A stretch of 64,000 bases of DNA from Nemertoderma westbladi (Eukaryota; Animalia; Xenacoelomorpha): positions 1,656 to 65,655 of the forward strand of contig JAUCBJ010003075.1 in the NCBI GenBank assembly GCA_032718475.1. Direction: 5' to 3'. Under the pieces are notes generated by a model, which had not been told where the DNA came from, made no database searches, and saw only the letters and a program-made list of their open reading frames with translations. A program made the position numbers and the translations under genes. Positions 54,269 through 64,000 of this stretch are shown here, piece by piece (position 1 is the first letter of the stretch; every line of letters begins with the position of its first letter).

Positions 54269-54401
54269 ACCTAAATACAGCGGAATTAGGTGGGCCTCTG
54301 TCGTGAAGACAAATTCATCAATTGGCAAAATAACATCGTCGTCATTGGCAAACAGGAGGAAAAGATACTTGAACGTTTCAGCTAAGACGAAAGAGTCCAT
54401 T
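54239..54401 (-). CDS. EDEM3: EDEM3-like ER degradation-enhancing alpha-mannosidase-like protein (GH47), internal exon at the end of the mannosidase domain
   Basis: Translates (R)[54 protein letters not shown], containing the GH47 C-terminal motifs SF.LAE..KY and TEAH. The MDSF/TTEAH wording is EDEM3-like. Acceptor TTTGTAG| at 54402 is phase-compatible with the upstream exon. Best donor is CAG|GTAAGC at 54238; a weaker TAG|GTGACA lies at 54270. Confidence 0.88.
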
Positions 54402-54706
54402 CTACAAAGTGACAAAAATGTGATGAGTTCAGTCTAAAAAGCAATTTATTTTCCTGTACAGAAATTCAACGAATTTATATTACACTTATTTATTTTTATC
54501 GAACTCAATAAAGGGACAACAACTTATATTAGAACAGCTACCAATTAAAGTCATCCCAAAATTAATGAAAATATCACCAAAAAAAATAATTCAACACCAA
54601 ATAAAATTATTAAAATTAAAACAAATTTTTCAACACCAAAAACAATTATTCAACACCAAAACCAATTATTCAATAGCAAAATAATTACAAATTTTCCCAA
54701 AACAAA

Positions 54707-56431
54707 GGGTAGGTGTAAAACGCGGATCCGGATCCGGATCCGGATTCAGGATCCGGATACGGAACAGGACCCGGATTTGCGAGTGTAAAAGGCGGATCCA
54801 GATTTACATACAATCCGTAACTGAGTGTAATATGCGGATTCTGAAATACGCAATCCGTATTGCAGTGTAAAACGCGGATTCATATATTTTGTGAATCCGG
54901 AATCAATAAAACTTGGTAATTAACGTAAATCCGTGTTTTACACTCCATTCCGGATCCAATAAAACTTGATAATTAACGTAAATCCGTGTTTTACACTCCA
55001 TTCCGGATCCAATAAAACTTAGTAATTAACGCAAATCCGCGTTTTACACCCCTTCCCGGATCCAATAAAACTTGGTAATTAACTAGAATCCGCGTTTTAC
55101 ACCCCTTCCCGGATCCAATAAAACATGGTAATTAACTTGAATCCGCGTTTTACACTCCATTCCGGATCCAATAAAACTTGATAATTAACGTAAATCCGTG
55201 TTTTACACTCCATTCCGGATCCAATAAAACTTAGTAATTAACGTAAATCCGTGTTTTACACTCCATTCCCGGATCCAATAAAACTTAGTAATTAACGCAA
55301 ATCCGCGTTTTACACCCCTTCCCGGATCCAATAAAACTTGGTAATTAACTAGAATCCGCGTTTTACACCCCTTCCCGGATCCAATAAAACTTGGTAATTA
55401 ACGTAAATCCGTGTTTTACACTCCATTCCGGATCCAATAAAACTTGGTAATTAACGTAAATCCGTGTTTTACACTCCATTCCGGATCCAATAAAACTTAG
55501 TAATTAACGTAAATCCGTGTTTTACACTCCATTCCGGATCCAATAAAACTTAGTAATTAACGCAAATCCGCGTTTTACACCCCTTCCCGGATCCAATAAA
55601 ACTTGGTAATTAACTAGAATCCGCGTTTTACACCCCTTCCCGGATCCAATAAAACATGGTAATTAACTTAAATCCGCGTTTTACACTCCATTCCGGATCC
55701 AATAAAACTTGATAATTAACGTAAATCCGTGTTTTACACTCCATTCCGGATCCAATAAAACTTAGTAATTAACGTAAATCCGTGTTTTACACTCCATTCC
55801 GGATCCAATAAAACTTGATAATTAACGTAAATCCGTGTTTTACACTCCATTCCGGATCCAATAAAACTTAGTAATTAACGTAAATCCGTGTTTTACACTC
55901 CATTCCGGATCCAATAAAACTTGATAATTAACGTAAATCCGTGTTTTACACTCCATTCCGGATCCAATAAAACTTAGTAATTAACGTAAATCCGCGTTTT
56001 ACACCCCTTCCCGGATCCAATAAAACTTGGTAATTAACTAGAATCCGCGTTTTACACCCCTTCCCGGATCCAATAAAACATGGTAATTAACTTGAATCCG
56101 CGTTTTACACCCCTTCCCGGATTTAATAAAACTTTGTAATAAACCTGAATCCGTATTTTACACCCAATCCCGGATTCAGTAGAAAAATGAATCCGCGTTT
56201 TACACTCCGTTCAGGATTTAGCCTAAAATATGAATCCGCGCTTTACACTCCGTTCCGGATCTGAAAAAAAGGCCAATCCGCATTTTACACTCGGTTACGG
56301 ATTCGGTAAATTTAGCAGTGCGCGGATCCGCAGATTACACCCTAAAAATGTAAATTCAGTCGACTTCCATAGGGACAATGTTAAATGATAGAATCCGGAT
56401 CCTGATCCGGATCCGCGTTTTACTCTGACCC
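54707..56431. mobile_element. Non-autonomous TIR element, probably MULE/MuDR-like
   Basis: ~41-bp imperfect TIRs GGGTAGGTGTAAAACGCGGATCCGGATCCGGATCCGGATTC and GAATCCGGATCCTGATCCGGATCCGCGTTTTACTCTGACCC. A 9-bp direct repeat CAAAACAAA lies at 54698-54706 and 56432-56440, although the target is itself repetitive. No ORF. Confidence 0.8.
54897..56200. repeat. 53-bp tandem repeat (~24 copies) inside the MULE-like element
   Basis: Unit CCGGATCCAATAAAACTTRRTAATTAACGTAAATCCGYGTTTTACACTCCATT. GGATCC recurs at 54952, 55005 and onwards. Confidence 0.95.
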
Positions 56432-56590
56432 CAAAACAAATACATTTTCGCCCAAAATAAATACATTTTCCCCAAAACAAATACATTTTCCCTCAAAACA
56501 AATACATTTTCCCCCAAAACAATCACATTTTCCCCAAAACAAATACATTTTCCCCCAAAACAATTACATCTTCCCCCAAAACAAAATAAA
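56432..56590. repeat. ~21-bp tandem repeat (CCCCAAAACAAATACATTTTC)
   Basis: About 7 degenerate copies; related in inverted orientation to 56897-57550. Confidence 0.85.
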
Positions 56591-56896
56591 TAACAAAATA
56601 AATACTACTGCAGCAATAGGCCTTGCACTTCCTGGAAGTTAGACAAAAAAATTCGAGACGGGGGGGGGGGGGGGGGGGGGGGGGGAAACTGGACGCAAAT
56701 CCCGCCTTGGCGAATTAATATCTCGCCTCAATGTTAAATTCTCAATTTAGGGAAAGGAGCAGGTTACAGTGGCACGTTATTTTAACCAAAACAATAAACT
56801 AAAGACAATTAATAGAACATATTTAGAGTTTTATTTTTGACTGTAAATATTTTTTATTTTATTTACCCTATCTGAAAACTTCAGTACTGCCGTATT

Positions 56897-57550
56897 AATA
56901 ATTGAATAATTGTTTTTCGGGGAAGAATAATTGTTTTTGGGGGATGAATAATTGTTTTTGGGGGAAGAATAATTGTCTTTGGGGGAAGAATAATTGTTTT
57001 TGGGGGATGAATAATTGTTTTTGGGGGAAGAATAATTGTTATTGGGGGATGAATAATTGTTTTTGGGGGAAGAATAATTGTCTTTGGGGGAAGAATAATT
57101 GTTTTTGGGGGATGAATAATTGTTTTTGGGGGAAGAATAATTGTTATTGGGGGATGAATAATTGTTTTTGAGGGATGAATAATTGTTTTTGGGGGAAGAA
57201 TAATTGTTTTTGGGGGAAGAATAATTGTTTTTGGGGGATGAATAATTGTTTTTGGGGGAAGAATAATTGTTTTTGGGGGAAGAATAATTGTTTTTGAGGG
57301 ATGAATAATTGTTTTTGGGGGAAGAATAATTGTTTTTGGGGGAAGAATAATTGTTTTTGGGGGAAGAATAATTGTCTTTGGGGGGTGAATAATTGTTTTT
57401 GGGGGTAGAATAATTGTTTTTGGGGGATGAATAATTGTTTTTGGGGGGTGAATGATTGTTTTTGGGGGTAGAATAATTGTTTTTGGGGGATCAATAATTG
57501 TTTTTGGGGGATGAATAATATGATTTTTGGGGGATGAATAATTGTTTTGG
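56897..57550. repeat. 21-bp tandem repeat (~31 copies, GAATAATTGTTTTTGGGGGAW)
   Basis: Direct periodicity; it generates the spurious PPKTIIH/L ORFs. Confidence 0.95.
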
Positions 57551-57781
57551 GTGAGAAGGATATTCAAAATTGGGGGATGCGAATTGGTGCTGCAATAAAA
57601 TATATTTGGTGCAAAATAATTTATTTTGGTGTTAAATCATCTAATTTGGGGTGGCATTCAATTAGTGGCGCATTAGAACTAGCAGAGCTCTGCAGACCGT
57701 CGATGTTTACTGATATTATTTACCCTAAGGTACTTTATATACTATTATTCCTACTTTATACGCTGTGTTAACATTATTTAC

Positions 57782-57929
57782 CTGTCCTCCAGAGCTCCGG
57801 TTGTGAGGTCCTTTATACCGGCGAAGCCACAGTTTACTCTCGCTTTGGCTTGTAATTGGCGGATTATGGACTCGCCAACCTCAAGATAGTGAGTATCATT
57901 GGTCGCCTTGTAGAGGTAGTACGTGCTCT
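57782..57929 (-). CDS. EDEM3: EDEM3-like gene, upstream internal exon (148 bp; absent from the ORF track)
   Basis: Manual translation gives (E)[48 protein letters not shown](R), the GH47 segment that follows the RPE motif. Acceptor TTTTAG| and donor AG|GTAAAT. The split codon AG|A joins in frame to the 54401 exon, giving EDRMDSF. Confidence 0.92.
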
Positions 57930-58327
57930 CTAAAATAATACAAATAAAACTGTCATTAATTAATTAATAACCTCAAAATATGTATAGCTATGCAGAACGG
58001 TTTACTGTATCTAAATCAACCAACAATAATCCATGACGTTCTAACGGTTAAATCAATTTCGGTTGTTTATCAACGGTTTCCCACAATTATAGGTTAGTGC
58101 GATTCTACAGAAGAGTTTAAGTTTAAACCCGGAAAGATTCGAATAAAGTTCAATAGAAGTTCGATCCCCGCATGGGGGGGGGGGGGGGGGGTCGTCGGCA
58201 CGAATGCTTTTTAAATTATCTAGCCAGGGTGCTAGCATCTCTGCCTTAAATGGTAGGTAATTGAGTACTGGGGTATAGTATATCCAGTATAGTATAGTAT
58301 AGATAAGGGGGGGGGGGGGGGGGGGGG

Positions 58328-59430
58328 CATGACCTACTATAACACGACCCGGAATGCTGCTGCAGGCGTAAAAATTTAGTGGGGTAACTTTCAACCTTAA
58401 TAACATTTTTCCACTTTATCTGCTGGTCACAAAAATTTCACTAATTCTAGATTAGTAAATTTTTTACCTTTTGAGGAAATTTTTTTTGCTGCCAATTACC
58501 ATAGCAACCAGTAATGTCATTTCAATATATACAATTATTTTGCATTTTACAACTGAACACTTATATCGATTAAGTCAAAACTTGAATCAGGTATAGTATG
58601 GTTAGTTGCCAATATTCTGAGAAGGTTTTAACATCACCTAGTTGCCATAGCTACCAGCAGCGACGATTTAAAATATACACTTTTCACCTATATTTCAGAT
58701 AAAAAGTTAGAATTTTTCTTTTTAAGAAATTCAATATGCTGATCAAGATAATAATATCTCGTCATTTCTTGCGCGCCGCCGGGTGGGGGGGGGGGGGGTG
58801 TATATTTTGTACTTAAGGTTGCCATAGCAACTGGTATTCAAGTTTAAATATGTTTTTATTGGAATATTCTTATTGCTACTGACATACCTTCATGAAAAAT
58901 TATTGGTTTGTATAATTGTAACAAATTTATAAAATTATTTTACTACCTGGTTACCGTAGTAACCATCAAAACTATGCTTTATAATAATTTTCAACAATTT
59001 CTATAATTTATTATTTCTCAGCACTTTTAGTCACTACTACTGGTATCAACGAAATATTATTAATGAAACTTTACCTTTTAATTTTACTTCTAGAAGAACG
59101 ATCGCTTGTCTGTCCGTACGTTGAGCTGACATTTACCAAGTATTTCATCGTTCCCTATATTGTTTCGTTGATAATCGTTCTTGCTCAATCGAAGTTTTCC
59201 TTGTTGTAAAGGAACTTAGTCAATCCTATGTCGGAAAATCTATTACAAAATCAATCCATAGATAAAATTTGTTAAGTCTAGCCTGAAATGTATACAATCT
59301 ACTGAGGTATCGGCATAGTCGTCCGTTGTTAGAGGTTCCAAAATAATATTATTCTCATCTGCAAATTTATAAACTATTATTTTTTGAAATGACTTGACAA
59401 GGCCATGCTTAGATCGAATGGGAATTCTTG
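58328..59430 (+). repeat. Left long inverted repeat (at least 1.1 kb)
   Basis: CATGACCTACTATAACACGACCCGG…TCGAATGGGAATTCTTG pairs with 64000 back to 62881. Confidence 0.95.
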
Positions 59431-59789
59431 CATTTTTCATTATTTAAACGTTTACTGCAACTTTATGTAGAAGACATTTACTAATTATATGTAAATAATA
59501 TGGGTTGTCTTGTACACAATATTTGAATTCCAGAATTCATAAGCAATTGTAGCTACTTAAATGTGTTGATGCATGTATACTTATTAAGGCATTACCGGTA
59601 AAGTTTCCATCTTGGCACTTTTTCTGTCTTTGTTTGCCTATAATAGGCCTATGTAATATATTATCAGTATTGTTTTTATTGTTCTAGAACAATTACTATA
59701 TCATCTATCAGATATTTATAGCTATTAATTTTTAGTTAAAGCACCTCTTTTTATTGGTACTTTTCTGCTATTGGTGACCCACCCCCTTT

Positions 59790-62451
59790 TTTGTAACGGT
59801 ACTAGCTTTAAACGGAGATAAATTAACTGCATTTAGATTGGAACTAGGTGATATCACAAAGGTGAAGGAATGCATAACAATTGATAAAGAATTGCATGTT
59901 AAGCTGTCGCATGATGGAGTTCCAGTTCCCAACCCTGTTTGGCTAAGGTATGAAAATATTGACAATCTTCATTTTATTTCACGGCATTTTTTAACTTAAA
60001 TTTAGAAAAAATATTTCTTCCTATACTTAATATTATGTCCAAGTAATGTACCGATATAAATTAAAATTATATGTGAAAATATGGTTTGTTTAGAAACTAT
60101 ACTCGATAGACCTAGTCTTAGACCTTGCCACATTAACACACCAAATTAATCATATTCACAGTGTGTTTTCTTATGCGTATTTTTAAACAGAAATTGTCCA
60201 AATGCGTTACTGTGTCTATATTAAATCACAACTTTTTTCAGAAATGCAAGATGCAAGCTTTCTTCCACAACAATGATTCCAAATCTTTTATCCTATTTAC
60301 GTAATTTTGGTCAGGATTCCCGAGGTCTTATTAGAAGCTTACTGGATCTGCAGCACAATAAACCGAAAGGGATACCCATATATACTAGCGACCAACTTCG
60401 TTTCGCCTTGCTACTCAGATATACTTCCTTCTCGGCATATAAGGTAGCCCATATTGTTAATATAATATTATTTGAATAGTTTTACAATATGCTAGTATGT
60501 TCTGGAGTCGTTTATTATTTTTTTAAATATAATTTTTCAATTTATTTATCCGTAATTTTTCACACACCAAAAAGTATCGTTTTGAGTAAAACTGGAAATT
60601 CAGATAGGCAGACAACACATGTGAAAATACAAAAAATTATTTTGCATACAAAAATATATTACATAATTTTGTTCATTATATTTTAGGTACTACGAAATGA
60701 AATTCCTCTGCCGTCGGATCGGCTTCTCCGCAAACTAATATCTGGTCATGTCAATGCGATAAAGGCAATAACGACCCTCAGAGACGAAAACCGAATTGGT
60801 AACGATGTGGTACTACTAGTGGACGAGATGTATTTACAACAACAACAGCAGTACGGTGGAGGAGAATTAGTTGGGTTGGATGATAATGGTGAACTTTTTA
60901 CGGGAATTCTTTGCTTCATGATTGTTTCCTTGAAATTATCAATACCAATCGTTGTTCATGCTATCCCAGAGTACAGTTGCACAGCTAAACTTGTCTCGGA
61001 TGGGATCACAACATGTATCAAAAACATTACCGATGAAAATTTCAATATTCATGCAATTATATCCGATAACAATAAATCTAATGTATCGGCCTTTAATAAA
61101 CTTGCAACGGATTCACCTGGTGAAAAACCGAATACCATCAAATCAGAAACTGGTGGAAATATTTACCCTTTATATGACCCCGTCCATATCATGAAAAATA
61201 TTAGAAACAATTTGGCAAGTCAAGGTTATTTCAATATCGGCGAACCCTTTCATTATAAACTCAATGGAAGGACATTCACAGTTCCCACTGGTCAGGTGAA
61301 ATGGTCACTGCTTTACAAAATTGAAGAAATTGACTCAAAACGTGAAACTTGTTTACGTTTAGCTCCTAAACTGTCATACGGCGCAACACATTTCGGAAAC
61401 AAAAAACAAAACGTTCCCCTCGCATTAGCAATTTTCGATTTATATACCATTTCAGCGTGCCTCTATTATTTCCCAACGGAAGAGTGTACTGCGGAGTTCT
61501 TGCGTCTTATCAACAATTGGTGGTTAGTAGTCAACGCAAAAGAAAGATTCCATCCTCTAGCTATTGGCAATGCGATGGTGAAAGGCGATGGAAAAGTTGA
61601 CTTTCTGAACAACTTTTCTGATTGGCTTGAAAAACCAGCTCATAAGTTGTTAACTAAAGAAACTAGAAGCGCCTTGATTCAGACAAACCGGGGTATTGCC
61701 AACTTGTGTACCGAGTTACTCGATAGCAGCTTTGAGTATGTGCTTACCGGAAAATTGCAAACTGATCCATTGGAGCGTCATTATTCGAAGTACAGACAGA
61801 TGAGTGGAGGCCGATTTTTGGTAAGTTTAATGGAGGTTTTGCGCTCTGAAAATATATTGCGAGTGAAATCAATACTAAAGGAGAGCATATCGTTGGAAAA
61901 AGTTATCGAGGAAAGTAAAACTAACAATTACACGGAACTCTGTGAAAGCGTGGATCATATTGAATTCGTATACGAAACAGATGAAGCCACAAAGGAAGCC
62001 ACCGTATGCGTTGCTGGTTACATTGCTCACAAACTACTAAAAAGCAATAAATGTAAAACATGCAACGATACAATTGCTGCAGGATTCATCAAGAGCAACC
62101 GACCGGCCATTCTTCGATCTACTCAATCAAGGGGGATTAACATACCCAGCAACGAATCTTCGCGAGATTGTCAAAGATTCTTTTTTAATTTTGGCACAAG
62201 TGGAGACACTACTGCGTGGGCGGTCTCTCCCATTTCGACCAGCAGCACTTGCTATATTGCAACATGTACTTGGAAATAGTCCATCATTAGAAATTGGCTG
62301 TCAACGCCATTCATATTCTTCTACTATTTTCACTACAGTGTGCAATGTCTTCGCAAATACTCTTGCAAAAGAACATTCGCAATCAGTCAGAGAAGATGCC
62401 ATCAAGACGTTTAAAACTCGCCAACGATTTAAAGCAGGAACCAATAATTAG
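59790..62451 (+). pseudogene. Spliced P-element/THAP9-like DDE transposase, frameshifted and apparently 5'-degraded
   Basis: Exon ~59790-59947 (…IDKELHVKLSHDGVPVPNPVWL, donor AG|GTATGA). Exon 60242-60443 (…ALLLRYTSFSAYK|GTAGCC). Exon from 60687 (IPLPSDRLL…VDEMYL…ISDNN…DPVHIMKNIRNN…QTDPLERHYSKYRQMSGG…YIA…CKTC). The conserved C-terminal GGLTYP motif lies in another frame after ~62090, with the stop at 62451. No THAP domain recognised. Confidence 0.85.
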
Positions 62452-62880
62452 TCTACTATGGCCGCCGCACCCTGGACTACTGTATCTCCCCGTCAAGTGG
62501 GCTGCCACAGACTCCGCTAGCATGGTCTCCCTCCCTTAGTTATCACCATGGCCAGTACTGGCTTCTATAACTTGTCCTGTGCGTCCATACAGTAGGTATT
62601 TGTATACCAGTACCTACAGTATATATTTATTTATAATACATACAGTACACTATATATCTATGAATATTAAAATATGTCTTTATATATAACATCTCAATAA
62701 TATACATAAGATAATGATACTAATATCTAGTGAGTCAAAAGATTTACTTTACATAGTTGGGAATATTAAAAAAATATTATTATTATTAAATGTCACGGTT
62801 GGACAGATAAGGGGGGTTGGGGGCGGGGGGGAGGGGTGGGGGGTGGTATGTATGAGTATACCTTGCGCAAGCAACCGGAA

Positions 62881-64000
62881 CAAGAATTCCCATTCGATCT
62901 AAGCATGGCCTTGTCAAGTCATTTCAAAAAATAATAGTTTATACATTTGCAGATGACAATAATATTATTTTGGAACCTCTAACAACGGACGACTATGCCA
63001 ATAAAGCACTTTTCACCTCAGTAGATTGTATACATTTCAGGCTAGACTTAACAAATTTTATCTATGGATTGATTTGGTAATAGATTTTCCGACATAGGAT
63101 TGACTAAGTTCCTTTACAACAAGGAAACCTTCGATGAAGCAAGAACGATTATCAACGAAACAATATAGAGAACGATGAAATCCTTGGTGAATGTCAGCTC
63201 AACGTACGGACCGACAAGCAATCGTTCTTCTAGAAGCAAAATTAAAAGGTAAAGTTTCATTAATAATATTTCGTTGATACCAGTAGTAGTGACTAAAAGT
63301 GCTGAGGAATAATAAATTATAGAAATTGTTGAAAATTATTATAAAGCATAGTTTTGATGGTTACTACGGTAACCAGGTCGTAAAATAATTTTATAAATTT
63401 GTTACAATTATACACACCAATAATTTTTCATGAAGGTATGTCAGTAGCAATAAGAATATTCCAATAAATACATATTTAAACTTGAATACCAGTTGCTATG
63501 GCAACCTTAAGTACAAAATATACACCCCCCCCCCCCCCCCCCCACCCGGCGGCGCGCAAGAAATGACGAGATATTATTATCTTGATCAGCATATTGAATT
63601 TCTTAAAAAGAAAAATTCTAACTTTTTATCTGAAATATAGGTGAAAAGTCTATAGTTTAAATCGTCGCTGCTGGTAGCTATGGTAACTAGGTGATGTTAA
63701 AACCTTCTCAGAATATTGGCAACTAACCATACCATACCTGATTCAAGTTTTGACTTAATCGATATAAGTGTTCAGTTGTAAAATGCAAAATAAATGTATA
63801 TATTGAAATTATATTACTGGTTACTATGGTAATTGGCAGCAAAAAAAATTTCCTCAAAAGGTAAAAAATTTACTAATCTAGAATTAGTGAAATTTTTGTG
63901 ACCAGCAGATAAAGTGGAAAAATGTTATTAAAGTTGAAAGTTACCCCACTAAATTTTTACGCCTGCAGCAGCATTCCGGGTCGTGTTATAGTAGGTCATG
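62881..64000 (-). repeat. Right long inverted repeat (runs to the window edge)
   Basis: Reverse complement of 58328-59430 with scattered substitutions and a ~12-bp extra segment near 63003-63015. Confidence 0.95.

Larger units (their letters stand above)
54536..57670. mobile_element. Old foldback/MULE-like non-autonomous element with arms built from a 21-bp repeat
   Basis: Degenerate terminal inverted similarity (AGCTACCAATT…CATCCCAAAATTA against the reverse complement CGCCACTAATT…CACCCCAAATTA). Flanked by direct repeat ATTAGAAC (54528-54535 and 57672-57679). CCAAAAACAATTATT-type units occur on the left and inverted on the right. Confidence 0.55.
58328..64000 (+). mobile_element. P-superfamily (Galileo-like) DNA transposon with very long TIRs; true ends not resolvable in this window
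   Basis: 58328-59430 is the reverse complement of 62881-64000, and the two arms enclose a P/THAP9-type transposase gene. Confidence 0.88.

Noticed and set aside
56881-57567. 228-aa proline-rich (PPKTII) extensin-like ORF and overlapping ORFs
   Set aside because: Translation of a 21-bp minisatellite inside an intron whose flanking exons already join in frame.
59455-59620. THAP-domain remnants (LCRRH and KFP-like words)
   Set aside because: The motifs are in the wrong order, are interrupted by stops, and are too short to distinguish from chance.

Overview
Eukaryotic (probably invertebrate animal) genomic DNA lying inside a minus-strand EDEM3-like (GH47 alpha-mannosidase-like) gene, of which two exons are visible (57782-57929 and 54239-54401). 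About 46 kb of the downstream intron is one ~36-bp satellite (1-45297 and 53314-54268, roughly 1,300 units, running off the left edge). On the gene's sense strand each unit is a copy of the exon's own 3' end plus its splice donor (…ACAACACAG|GTAAGC…), so the pre-mRNA would carry over a thousand tandem 5' splice sites. The satellite is interrupted by a non-autonomous CACTG/CMC-type DNA transposon (45298-53313). That element contains an intact, identical-LTR Ty3/Gypsy retrotransposon of the CsRn1 type (47119-52397), whose polyprotein has an unexpected hydrophobic, membrane-like insert between protease and RT. The next intron holds nested non-autonomous TIR elements with internal minisatellites. 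The right end is a P-superfamily (Galileo-like) element with TIRs of at least 1.1 kb and a spliced, frameshifted transposase. There are no prokaryotic features and no CRISPR array. All family calls come from motifs read by eye, not from database searches.
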